A DNA stretch of 64,000 bases. It comes from an uncultured Actinomycetota bacterium (GTDB lineage Bacteria > Actinomycetota > Thermoleophilia > Solirubrobacterales > Solirubrobacteraceae). The stretch is taken from assembly GCA_963787595.1 (NCBI GenBank), contig CAWBDE010000003.1:949622-1013621 (forward strand), written 5' to 3'. Under the pieces are notes generated by a model. It saw only the letters and a list, made by a program, of their open reading frames with translations, ran no database searches and had not been told where the DNA came from. Numbering within the stretch: the stretch's first letter is position 1; every line of letters starts with the position of its first letter. Positions 37,291 through 46,001 of the stretch are shown here, piece after piece. Both the position numbers and the translations under genes were made by a program.

Positions 37291-38163
37291 GTGAGTCGCG
37301 CCTCGCCGCTGTTTCGTTTCGTTCAGGTGGAGCTGCCGTGGCCGCTCGGCCCGCCCGACGGCCGCTACCTCGTCCGCCCCGAGGGTGACCCCGAGGCGGC
37401 GGCGACGCACGTGATCGTGTTCGCGACTCTCGGCGCACCCCAGCGGCGGCTGGTGTCGCGCCGGCGTTCCCGCCCCGTGGCGCCGGAACCCGAGCCGACC
37501 CCGGTTGCCACGGGTCGTGCCACGATCATCGCGGTCGGCCATTCCGCGGACGGCGAGCTGCCGGCCCGAGAGTGGCTGGCCGCCGCCGGTGAGGCGGAGC
37601 TGGTCGCGGGGATCGCCGTGCTCAACCGGGCCCTGCAGGCATTCCGACTGGTCACTGCCGATCCGTATGCGCAGCCGGTCGGTCGCCGGCAGCTGATCAC
37701 TGCTCGGGTTGGCTTCGGCGCCGGCGAGCAGGTCGCCGACGGGGTGTGGACCGCCGCCCGTGAGCTGCCGCGGCCCGGAGGCCGTCGCCGTCGCTCGCGT
37801 GAGCTCGCTCCGCAGGCCCGGCTCGCCGCCGTGCTCGGGGCGCGAGCGAGGGCGCTCGTCTGCGAGGAGCTCGCCCTGCGGGTCCGTCTCGATCTCAACC
37901 AGGGCCGGCCTCGCGAGGCGGCACTGCAGTTGATGGTTGCGCTCGACGCCGCGATCGCCGAGCTGTCAGCCGATCCGCACGCCTCTGAGCTCGCCAACCG
38001 GCTGGGTGAGCTGCGGAGTCGGCGCGAGGCGGTGGCGGCGGCGGCCCAGGCGGCGCTGACCCGTCCGCTGGACGAGACCGAGACCGAGATGGTCACGGGG
38101 ACGTTGGTGGGGATCGAGGCGACGCTCCGGGCACGCGCTGCCGCGGACGGGTGGGGCGGCTAG
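37291..38163 (+). CDS. Hypothetical protein
   Basis: 290-aa ORF with GC3-rich codon usage, 22 nt downstream of the hydrolase gene. I recognise no motif. The C-terminal half is helical and Ala/Arg-rich. Confidence 0.5.
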   Translation: MSRASPLFRFVQVELPWPLGPPDGRYLVRPEGDPEAAATHVIVFATLGAPQRRLVSRRRSRPVAPEPEPTPVATGRATIIAVGHSADGELPAREWLAAAGEAELVAGIAVLNRALQAFRLVTADPYAQPVGRRQLITARVGFGAGEQVADGVWTAARELPRPGGRRRRSRELAPQARLAAVLGARARALVCEELALRVRLDLNQGRPREAALQLMVALDAAIAELSADPHASELANRLGELRSRREAVAAAAQAALTRPLDETETEMVTGTLVGIEATLRARAAADGWGG

Positions 38164-38275
38164 CCGGCGACCGCGCTGCCGCGAACCCTGCGGCGGCTAG
38201 CCGGCGCCCGCGCTGCCGCGGACCCTGCGGGGCTTAGCCGGCGCCCGCGCTGCCGCGGACCCTGCGGCGGCTTAC
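38134..38275. repeat. Tandem repeat, 37/38-bp unit x ~3.8 (cgcgctgccgcggaccctgcggcggctagccggcgcc)
   Basis: Unit starts are at 38134, 38172, 38209 and 38246. Copy 0 is the last ~10 codons plus the TAG of gene 37291..38163. In the last copy the equivalent CTAG position is TTAC, which supplies the TAA stop of the convergent Sir2 gene. Confidence 0.9.
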
Positions 38276-39036
38276 TTCAGACCCAGCGCGTCCACGACGC
38301 TCTCCAGCTCGCTCACGACGTCGCCGCCCAGCGCAACCGCCGCCGCCCAGTCGAGCGGGGTTCGACCCTGGGTGATGATCACCACCTGGCCTCCCGCGGC
38401 CAACGTCATCTCCGGTAGCTGGGCCACCGGATACACCTCCAACGAAGAGCCGATGCAAAGCATGAGGTCGGCCGCGACGGAAAGGCGCTCTGCCGCGGCC
38501 AGCGCATCAGCCGGCAGGTACTCGCCGAACAGGACCACGTCGGGCTTCAGCGGCTGCCCGCAGTCACAGCGTGGTATCCGCGCCCGGTCGGCCCGCTGGC
38601 GCGCCCGCACCTCGGCCAACGAATACCGCGCCCGGCAGGTCAGGCACGACGAGTGGTCGATCGTGCCGTGAACCTCCACCAGCTCGCGCGTGCCCGCGCG
38701 CGCGTGCAGACGGTCGATGTTCTGGGTGATCACCCCGGCGAGCAGTCCGGCGTTCTCCAATCTGGCGAGCGCCCGGTGGGCGCCGTTGGGCTGCTTGTGC
38801 GCGAGCGTCTGGAAGCGGTCGCCATAGAAGTGCCAGAATCGCTCGGGGTCTGCGCGGAACGCGCGGATGTGCGCCACTTCCATCGGATCGACGTTCTCCC
38901 ACAGCCCGGTCTGAGGCGAACGGAAATCCGGGATCCCCGAAGGCACCGAGATGCCGGCGCCGGTCAGCGCCACCACCGAGTGCGCCTCTCGGATCAGGTC
39001 GGCGACGCGAGCCGCCGCGGTGGCCGAGACGCTCAC
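38272..39036 (-). CDS. cobB: Sir2-family NAD-dependent protein deacylase
   Basis: GAGISVPSGIPDFRS, QNIDRLH, HG, and a zinc ribbon CxxC...CxC (CLTCRA...CDCG), plus VLFGE and IGSSLEVYP. Its GTG start overlaps the upstream gene's stop (GTGA at 39033-39036). Confidence 0.9.
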   Translation of the reverse strand: MSVSATAAARVADLIREAHSVVALTGAGISVPSGIPDFRSPQTGLWENVDPMEVAHIRAFRADPERFWHFYGDRFQTLAHKQPNGAHRALARLENAGLLAGVITQNIDRLHARAGTRELVEVHGTIDHSSCLTCRARYSLAEVRARQRADRARIPRCDCGQPLKPDVVLFGEYLPADALAAAERLSVAADLMLCIGSSLEVYPVAQLPEMTLAAGGQVVIITQGRTPLDWAAAVALGGDVVSELESVVDALGLK

Positions 39037-40133
39037 TCCCCCGTCCACCGCGCGGCTCGCTTCTGCAAGAACGCGGCGATGCCCTCGCGCGCGTCCGCCG
39101 ACCCGAACACGGCGGCAAATCCCTGCTTCTCCGCTTCGATCCCCGCGTCGAGATCGCCGGCCGCCGACACCCGCTTGATCTGCGCCACCGCCAACGGCGC
39201 CTGCTCGGCCAGCTTGCGCGCCCAGCCCATCGCGGTGTCCAGCAACTCGTGGTCGGGCACAGTCCGGTTGACGAGCCCGTATTCCAGGGCCTCGCTGGCG
39301 CCGATCGGCTCGCCGACCAGGTTGAGCTCCAGCGCCCGAGCCTCGCCGATCAGCCGGGGCAGCCGCTGGGTGCCACCGAAGCCCGGGATGATCCCGAGGT
39401 TGATCTCGGGCTGACCGAAGCTGGCTCCGTCCGCCGCGATCCGGAGATCGCAGGCCATCGCCAGCTCGCAGCCGCCACCCAGCGCGGCCGCGTTGACGGC
39501 AGCGATCGTGATCGTGCTGTCGGTCTCCAGTGAGCGCAGCAGCGCGTGCGCGTCGTCGGCCAGCCGTCGTCCGGCGGCCGCGTCCATCTTCTGAAAGGCC
39601 TTGATGTCGGCTCCGGCGCAGAACAGCATCGGGTTGGCCGAGGCGAACACGAGCACCCGAATCGCGGAGGAGCCGCGCACTTCGTCCCACAGCTGACCGA
39701 TCGTCTGGATCACGTCGGGGGACAGCGAGTTGGCCGGCGGCCGGTCCAGCCAGGCGATCGCCACCCGGTCGCGGGTCTCGAGCTTGACCGGGCGCTCGGC
39801 CCACCCCGGGTCGGGCCGTGGATAGGGAAAGAACCCCTGGCCGCTCTTGACGCCGAGCCGCCCCTGCGCCACCAGGCGACGCAGGATCGCCGGCGGCGCG
39901 AAATCCTCCCCCCAATCCTGGGTCGCCCGCACCAGGCGCGCCAGCATCTCGTCCAGCCCTGTCTGGTCCGCGTTTGCCAGCGGCGGAGGCGAGATCCCGA
40001 CGTTGGCCATCCCGACGTCGATGTCCTTCGCCCCGGTGACCCCCTCCTCCAGCACCAGGCAGCTCTCGATGAACGCCTTCAGCGAGAATCGGTAGAGCAT
40101 GGCGGCGCCGGCCGCTTGCGTCCTAGTGCTCAT
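39033..40133 (-). CDS. 3HCDH_C domain + enoyl-CoA hydratase (crotonase) protein
   Basis: The N-terminal ~100 aa resembles a 3-hydroxyacyl-CoA dehydrogenase C-terminal domain (KDIDVGM...GRLGVKSGQGFFPY). The crotonase fold follows (IAWLDRPPANSL, VFASANPMLFCAGADIKAF, GGGCELAMACD). Confidence 0.85.
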   Translation of the reverse strand: MSTRTQAAGAAMLYRFSLKAFIESCLVLEEGVTGAKDIDVGMANVGISPPPLANADQTGLDEMLARLVRATQDWGEDFAPPAILRRLVAQGRLGVKSGQGFFPYPRPDPGWAERPVKLETRDRVAIAWLDRPPANSLSPDVIQTIGQLWDEVRGSSAIRVLVFASANPMLFCAGADIKAFQKMDAAAGRRLADDAHALLRSLETDSTITIAAVNAAALGGGCELAMACDLRIAADGASFGQPEINLGIIPGFGGTQRLPRLIGEARALELNLVGEPIGASEALEYGLVNRTVPDHELLDTAMGWARKLAEQAPLAVAQIKRVSAAGDLDAGIEAEKQGFAAVFGSADAREGIAAFLQKRAARWTGE

Positions 40134-40968
40134 AGAAGCCCCTCCCCGTCTTGACGCCGAGGTTGCCGGCCCTCACCAGCGACCGCATCCGGCGGTGCAC
40201 GTAGAAGCGATCTCCGTATGACTCGTGCAGGTGCTCGGCCACGTAGACCACGGTGTCGAGCCCGAGCAGATCGGCGATGTAGAACGGCCCCAGCTTCGAC
40301 GCGGAGACCTCACCGACGATCCGGTCAACCTCCTCCACCTCGATGTCCTGCGCCTCCTGCGCCCGCCACAGCTCCGAGCTCGCGGCGTTGAGGATCCGGT
40401 TGACGACGAACCCGGGCGACTCGCCGGACCGGATCGGCAGCCGGCGGATCGCCTGGGCGAAGTTGCTCGCCGCCTGAGCCGTCTCGGTGGAGGTGTCCTC
40501 ACCTTCCACCACCTCGATCACGCGCGTCGTGGAGGCCGGGAAGAAGAAATGAAGGCCGACGACCTTGTCGGGCCGGATGGTGACCTCGCCGATCTCGGTA
40601 ATCGACAGCGAGGAGGTGTTGGAGGCGAGGATCGCGTGGCCCGGCGTGACCTCGTCGAGGGCCAGGAACACGGCCTGCTTGTCCGCCATCCGCTCCGAGA
40701 CCGCCTCCACCACCAGGTCGACGTCGCCGAACTGCGCGTAGTCAGTGGTGCCGGTGATCAGGCCCAGCTTGTGCTCCAGCGCCTCCGGTGACAGCTTGCC
40801 GGCGTCGACCTGGGCCCGCCAAGGAGCGCTCGCCCGGTCGATCCCGCGGTCGACGGACGGTTGATCTATGTCCTTGAGCACGACGGGGATGTCGGCCGAG
40901 GCGATCACGTGGGCGATCTCCGCGCCCATCGTTCCGGCACCCACGACCGCGGCTTTGAAGACGAACAC
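40123..40968 (-). CDS. 3-hydroxyacyl-CoA dehydrogenase (NAD-binding + C-terminal domain)
   Basis: VVGAGTMGAEIAHV Rossmann motif, SNTSSLSITE, PGFVVNR and GNLGVKTGRGFYEH. It overlaps the next gene by 11 nt in a different frame. Confidence 0.9.
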   Translation of the reverse strand: MFVFKAAVVGAGTMGAEIAHVIASADIPVVLKDIDQPSVDRGIDRASAPWRAQVDAGKLSPEALEHKLGLITGTTDYAQFGDVDLVVEAVSERMADKQAVFLALDEVTPGHAILASNTSSLSITEIGEVTIRPDKVVGLHFFFPASTTRVIEVVEGEDTSTETAQAASNFAQAIRRLPIRSGESPGFVVNRILNAASSELWRAQEAQDIEVEEVDRIVGEVSASKLGPFYIADLLGLDTVVYVAEHLHESYGDRFYVHRRMRSLVRAGNLGVKTGRGFYEH

Positions 40969-41175
40969 GAGCCCTCCGCTGTGGCTTGGACACGCACCGG
41001 CCGGGGGTTTCCAGGCCGGTCTCGGAGTCTATGGGTTGCCGATCGCCGGGGATCCCGCCGGCTCTCAGCTGAGCGCCGGGCAACCCGAATCGACCGCCAC
41101 CACCCGCCTGGACCGCTCCCATCGGGGCATGGATTCTCGCGACTGGAGCGGTCCGGGAGTAGCCTGCGGTGGGCG

Positions 41176-42201
41176 ATGACGGAAACGCTTCCTGATCCGG
41201 TCCCGCCCTATCCTGAGATCTCGTCGAAGGCCTACGAGCATCCAGCCGATCGCGCGGCGACGGCCGCGCTCAAGGCGGTGCCGATGCTTGACACCGTGGT
41301 CCGCAAGCTGGTGGAGTTCAGCTACGAACGCGCGCTGCGCCAGTCGCTGCTCGGCAACTCGGTGAAGGTCTCCGAGCGTCAGCTGCCCGAGCTCTGGGGC
41401 TCATACCGGGGCGTGAGCCGGATCCTGGACATGCCGGACGAGTACGACCTGTACGTCAGCTCGGCCCTGTACTGGAACGCGGTCACCATCGGGTCCCAGA
41501 AACCGATGCTGGTGATCGGCTCGAACCTGATGCTCCAGCTCGGCCCCGGCGAGCAGCGCACGATCATCGCCCACGAGCTCGGGCACATCCTGTCCGACCA
41601 CGTGCTCTACGTGACCGCGCTGAACATCCTGCTGGGGGCGACCACCGGGCTGCCGATGGGGCTTGGCCTGCCGCTGCGCGCCGTTCGCGCCGTGCTGCTG
41701 GAGTGGATGCGCGCCGCCGAGCTCAGCTGCGACCGTGCCGCCACGCTCGCCGTTCGCGATCCACGGATCGTCTGCCGCGCCCTGATGGTCATGGCCGGCG
41801 GTCTCAGCGCCGACCGGCTCGACCTCGACGCGTTCATGACCCAGGCGATGGAGTATCAGAGCTGGGACGACGCCCACGACCGCGTGCGCCGATTCTTCAA
41901 CGAGCTCAACGCGACCCACTCCAACTCGGTTCGTCGCGTCTCCGAGGTCATGAGATGGGTCCAGAGCGGCGAGTACGACCGCATCGTGCGCGGCGAGTAC
42001 CGCCGCCGCGGCGACGAGGCCAACGTCCGTGACGAGGCCTCGGACGCGATGGAGTTCTACGCCGAGCGCTTCCGGGAGCTGTTCCGCGAGGTCGGCGAGA
42101 ACGTGACGACGCTCGGGTCCCAGATGGGCGACGTCAGCCAGCAGGTCGCGGACTGGCTGCGCAACCGGGGCAGCGGCGGGGGCTCGGACAGCCCCGGCTG
42201 A
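41176..42201 (+). CDS. M48-family zinc metallopeptidase
   Basis: HEXXH site IIAHELGHILSDH with a downstream glutamate (AELSCDRAA), in a soluble HtpX/Ste24-like arrangement. Start set at MTETLPD. Confidence 0.8.
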   Translation: MTETLPDPVPPYPEISSKAYEHPADRAATAALKAVPMLDTVVRKLVEFSYERALRQSLLGNSVKVSERQLPELWGSYRGVSRILDMPDEYDLYVSSALYWNAVTIGSQKPMLVIGSNLMLQLGPGEQRTIIAHELGHILSDHVLYVTALNILLGATTGLPMGLGLPLRAVRAVLLEWMRAAELSCDRAATLAVRDPRIVCRALMVMAGGLSADRLDLDAFMTQAMEYQSWDDAHDRVRRFFNELNATHSNSVRRVSEVMRWVQSGEYDRIVRGEYRRRGDEANVRDEASDAMEFYAERFRELFREVGENVTTLGSQMGDVSQQVADWLRNRGSGGGSDSPG

Positions 42202-42464
42202 TCCTCCGGCGGCGCGGCAGCACGCCGCCCCGCAGCCCCGTGGCCGGCCCGGGCGGACTGCAGCTCGCGATGGATGAGGGGTATGCAAGCGTCCAGCGGC
42301 GCTGTCGCCACCCGGCGAGACGGACGTTTGCGTCGCCGGCGCCGGCCGACGGAAGCACCGGCGGTCGGGGGATCGTCCATTACCGACCTCACGGGACCCG
42401 CGCGCCCGCCGGGGACCAAGCGCCGTCAAGCGGTGCTCGGAGATGGATGATCCTCAATCCCCCC

Positions 42465-42520
42465 TTGACAAACGATCGGTTACGATATATCGTTGACACA
42501 TCGTTACGAACAACGAATCA
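42465..42520 (+). promoter_or_regulatory. AT-richer promoter/operator region upstream of the PadR gene
   Basis: There are two TTGACA hexamers (42465-42470 and 42493-42498) and a perfect 12-bp palindrome, ACGATATATCGT (42482-42493). AACGAT/ATCGTT half-sites recur at 42471, 42481, 42500 and 42512. Confidence 0.45.
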
Positions 42521-42545
42521 CGAAAACCAACAGTGGAGGACCCAC

Positions 42546-43394
42546 ATGAGTAGTTATGCATACGATTTCCCGGGGCAAGGACCCTGGGCAGACAAGCAAC
42601 GACACCGCTTCGCCGAGGAGTGGATCGGCGGCGGCCGCGGCGGCAAGCACCGCGAGCGGTTCGCCGAGGGCGGCGGACGGCGCGGCAAGCGCCGTCACCA
42701 CCGCCACTCCGTCGAGAACTGGCTCTTCGCCCGCGGAGGCGGACGGCACGGCCGCCCGACCCCCGAGGACCTGGAGCGGCTGGAGGACCTGATCGCGCTG
42801 CGCCGGATGCGTGGCGGTCCGGGCGGATTCGGCGGCCCCGGCGGCCGTGGGCCCCGCGGCCGCGGGCGCGGCCGCGCCCGGCGAGGCGACGTGCGGCTGG
42901 CGCTGCTGCGCCTGCTCGCCGAGGAGCCGCGCAACGGCTACCAGCTGATGCAGACGATCGAGGAGCGCAGCGGCGGCCGCTGGCGCCCGAGCCCGGGGTC
43001 GGTGTATCCGACGCTGGCTCAGCTCGAGGACGAAGGCCTGATCCGGTCGGCCGACGCTGAGAGCGCGCGCCGGTTCGAGATCACCGATGCGGGCCGCGAG
43101 CACCTGGAGGGCCGGGCCGACGAGCCGGCACCCTGGCAGCCCGGCGACGAGGCCGGCGAGAACGCCATCGGCGAGCTCGCCCCCCTCGTGATCCAGATCG
43201 GCAAAGCCGCCTGGCAGGTCGCGACGGTCGGCGACGAGTCTCAGCGGGCGCGGGCGATCGAGCTCCTGGCCGAGACCCGGCGCGGTCTCTATGGCCTGCT
43301 CGCCGAGGAGCCTGCGGATTCGGCCGGCTCGGTCGACACCGAGGATTCGGCCGACGCGGTTGATCCGGAGCACTCCGAGGAGACCGACGTCTAA
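42546..43394 (+). CDS. PadR-family transcriptional regulator with long Arg/Gly-rich N-terminal extension
   Basis: PadR wHTH core (RLALLRLLAEEPRNGYQLMQTIEERSGGRWRPSPGSVYPTLAQLEDEGLI), preceded by ~110 aa rich in RGG/HRH. GTGGAGGA precedes the ATG. Confidence 0.85.
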   Translation: MSSYAYDFPGQGPWADKQRHRFAEEWIGGGRGGKHRERFAEGGGRRGKRRHHRHSVENWLFARGGGRHGRPTPEDLERLEDLIALRRMRGGPGGFGGPGGRGPRGRGRGRARRGDVRLALLRLLAEEPRNGYQLMQTIEERSGGRWRPSPGSVYPTLAQLEDEGLIRSADAESARRFEITDAGREHLEGRADEPAPWQPGDEAGENAIGELAPLVIQIGKAAWQVATVGDESQRARAIELLAETRRGLYGLLAEEPADSAGSVDTEDSADAVDPEHSEETDV

Positions 43395-43406
43395 CGTACA
43401 CGGACG

Positions 43407-44444
43407 ATGTCGCTGACTGAAGCCAACCGGACCACCGGAGCCACAGGCAACGGCACCGCCACCACCGCCATCTCCGTCCGCGACCTCGCCAAGACGTTCG
43501 GCGAGGTGCGGGCGGTCCGCGGTGTCAATTTCGAGGTCGCCACCGGCGAGGTGTTCGGGTTCCTGGGGCCAAACGGCGCCGGCAAGACGACCACCATCAA
43601 CATGCTCTGCACCCTGGTCAAGCCGACTGCCGGCGACGCCCGGGTCGCGGGCTACGACGTCGTCCATCAGCGCGACGACGTCCGGCGCCACATCGGCCTC
43701 GTCTTCCAGGACCCGACGCTCGACGGCTATCTCAGCGCGGAGCAGAACCTGCGTCTTCACGCCGAGCTGTACGGCGTCCAGTCCGATCTGGTGGTGCCGC
43801 GGATGCGGCAGGTGATGGAGATGGTCGGACTGTGGGACCGCAAGGATTCGGTGGTGGGCGCCTTCTCCGGCGGAATGCGCCGCCGGCTGGAGATCGCCCG
43901 CGGGCTGATGCACTCTCCGCGGGTGCTGTTTTTAGACGAGCCGACGATCGGGCTGGACCCGCAGACCCGGCGCTCGATCTGGGACTACATCCGCGAGCTC
44001 AAGGAGCGCGAGGAGATCACCATCTTCATGACCACCCACTACATGGACGAGGCCGAATGGTGTGACCGGATAGCGATCATGGACCACGGCGAGATCGTCG
44101 CCCTGGACGCTCCCGAGGCGCTCAAGGGCGGGATCGGCAAGGACCGGGTGACGATCCACACCGACGACAACGGTGCCGCGATCGCGGCTCTGCAGCGCCA
44201 GTTCGGCATCGAGGGCCAGGTCAGCGAGGGCGCGGTCGTATTCGGCGTCGCCGCGGGCGAGGAGTTCGTCCCGCGGCTGTTCACCGAGTTCGAGCTGCCG
44301 ATTCGCGCGGTCAACGTCTCGCGTCCGACCCTCGACGACGTGTTCATGTCGTTCACCGGAAGCACGATCCGCGATGCCGAGGAGGATTCTTCCAAGCACC
44401 GCAACCGGATGATGATGCAGATGATGAGCGGAGCCCGTCGATGA
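43407..44444 (+). CDS. ABC transporter ATP-binding protein (DrrA/ABC-2 exporter type)
   Basis: Walker A GPNGAGKTT, signature FSGGMRRRLEIA and Walker B LFLDEPTIGLD, with a C-terminal accessory domain. Confidence 0.9.
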   Translation: MSLTEANRTTGATGNGTATTAISVRDLAKTFGEVRAVRGVNFEVATGEVFGFLGPNGAGKTTTINMLCTLVKPTAGDARVAGYDVVHQRDDVRRHIGLVFQDPTLDGYLSAEQNLRLHAELYGVQSDLVVPRMRQVMEMVGLWDRKDSVVGAFSGGMRRRLEIARGLMHSPRVLFLDEPTIGLDPQTRRSIWDYIRELKEREEITIFMTTHYMDEAEWCDRIAIMDHGEIVALDAPEALKGGIGKDRVTIHTDDNGAAIAALQRQFGIEGQVSEGAVVFGVAAGEEFVPRLFTEFELPIRAVNVSRPTLDDVFMSFTGSTIRDAEEDSSKHRNRMMMQMMSGARR

Positions 44445-45346
44445 GTACCACCGCCGACCGCCAGCCGACCACGACCGGCGCCCCCACCCCCGCCCCGCAC
44501 GAGATCGTCCGGGTCAGCGTCCCCAAGCGCTCGCTGGCCTCGGAGCTGCGGGCGATCAAGATTGTCTGGCGCCGCGAGCTGATCCGCTACCGCCGCGACC
44601 GCCTGCGGATGTTCACCACGCTGGTGCAGCCGCTGCTGTTCCTGTTCGTGCTGGGGTCCGGGCTGCAGCAGCTGTCGGCGGCCAGCACCCACGGCGTCGA
44701 TCTGAAGACCTTCATCTACCCGGGGATCCTGTGCATCGCGGTCATGTTCACCGCCATGTTCTCGGCGGCGTCGATCGTCTGGGACCGGGAGTTCGGGTTC
44801 CTGCGGGAGATGATGGTGGCCCCGATCCGGCGCAGCTCGATCGTAATCGGCAAGTGCTTCGGGGGCGCCAGCGTCGCCTGTATCCAGGGCGTGATCGTGA
44901 TCGCGCTCGCCGGGCTCGTGAACGTCCCCTACAACCCGGTGATGATCATCGAGATCTTCTTGTTGCAGCTGCTGCTGGCGTTCGCGATCACCGCCTTCGG
45001 CGTGATGATCGCTGTCCGGATCAAGCAGATGCAGTCGTTCATGGGCGTGATGCAGATGGTGGTCACACCAATGTTCTTCATCTCGGGCGCGCTGTTCCCG
45101 GTCGCCGGCCTGCCCACCTGGCTGGCGGTCCTGAACCGCCTCGATCCGCTCACCTACGCCGTGGACCCGATGCGGCGGATCGTGTTCAGCCATCTCAACA
45201 TCTCCGCGGCCGCTCGCCAGGCGCTCGACCCCGGTGTCACGTGGTTCGGCTGGCGGGTGCCCACGCTGCTGGAGGCGGCGGTGATCGTGGTCCTCGGGGT
45301 GACGATGCTCGGCGTCGCCATCTGGGAGTTCAGCGCCACCGAGTAG
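44441..45346 (+). CDS. ABC-2 type transporter permease
   Basis: Six predicted TM helices and ABC-2 signatures (REFGFLREMMVAP). Its start overlaps the ATPase stop (ATGA). Confidence 0.85.
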   Translation: MSTTADRQPTTTGAPTPAPHEIVRVSVPKRSLASELRAIKIVWRRELIRYRRDRLRMFTTLVQPLLFLFVLGSGLQQLSAASTHGVDLKTFIYPGILCIAVMFTAMFSAASIVWDREFGFLREMMVAPIRRSSIVIGKCFGGASVACIQGVIVIALAGLVNVPYNPVMIIEIFLLQLLLAFAITAFGVMIAVRIKQMQSFMGVMQMVVTPMFFISGALFPVAGLPTWLAVLNRLDPLTYAVDPMRRIVFSHLNISAAARQALDPGVTWFGWRVPTLLEAAVIVVLGVTMLGVAIWEFSATE

Positions 45347-45412
45347 CTTTCGAGGCAGCATGCGGATGGCTCGTCATCCGGCGCGCGTGCCCGCCTTAGA
45401 GACCGGAGGATC

Positions 45413-45694
45413 GTGATGGCCCAGAACCCCACGCTGTTCGTCTGCCACGGCGATGACGGTGGCCCGCGGATCCATCCATGTCGGCGCGTGCAGGAGGCGC
45501 TGCGCGCGGCCGGCATCGAATACGACAAGGTGATCGCGGGGCACGGGAGCCCGTGGCCGTTCCTGCGCCGAGGCTCGCGTGAGCAGCTGCGCGCGGCCAC
45601 CGGGGCGACCAAGCTGCCGGCGCTCAAGCTGCCCGACGGGACGGTGATCACCCACTCGCGAGCCATCCGCTCCTGGATCAGGCAACGCGACTGA
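45413..45694 (+). CDS. Thioredoxin-fold protein (glutaredoxin/GST-N-like, no CxxC)
   Basis: 93 aa, LFVCHG...HPCRRVQEALRAAGIEYDKV...KLPALKLPDGTVITHSRAI. GGAGGA precedes the ATG. Confidence 0.55.
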   Translation: MMAQNPTLFVCHGDDGGPRIHPCRRVQEALRAAGIEYDKVIAGHGSPWPFLRRGSREQLRAATGATKLPALKLPDGTVITHSRAIRSWIRQRD

Positions 45695-45763
45695 GCCACG
45701 CGACGTCCGCTCGTCGCTGCCCGCCGCCGATGACTCTGCCCCGATGGCAAGGTCTCGGTTCCC

Positions 45764-45946
45764 TTGAACTTCACCACCTGCCACATGTCAATCTCGCTCG
45801 ACGGTTTCGTCGCCGGGCCCGATCAGAGCCGCGACGATCCGCTCGGCGTCGGTGGCCTCGCGCTTCACCAATGGCACTTCCACGCCGGTGAGCCCGGCTA
45901 CGAGGCGGACGTCGCCCGGGGCCGCGGCGTCGCCGGCGGCTGGTAG
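45764..45946 (+). pseudogene. Truncated RibD_C/DHFR-family gene fragment (N-terminal ~55 aa only)
   Basis: MSISLDGFVAGPDQSRDDPLGVGGLALHQWHF matches the N-terminus of RibD_C-type proteins (compare the intact paralogue at 206..772), but the ORF stops after 60 codons. Confidence 0.5.
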
Positions 45947-46001
45947 GTTGGGCGGCGTGAGTGCCGGTGGGCGGACTTCCGAGCGCCCCGCGTCACTGCG
46001 G

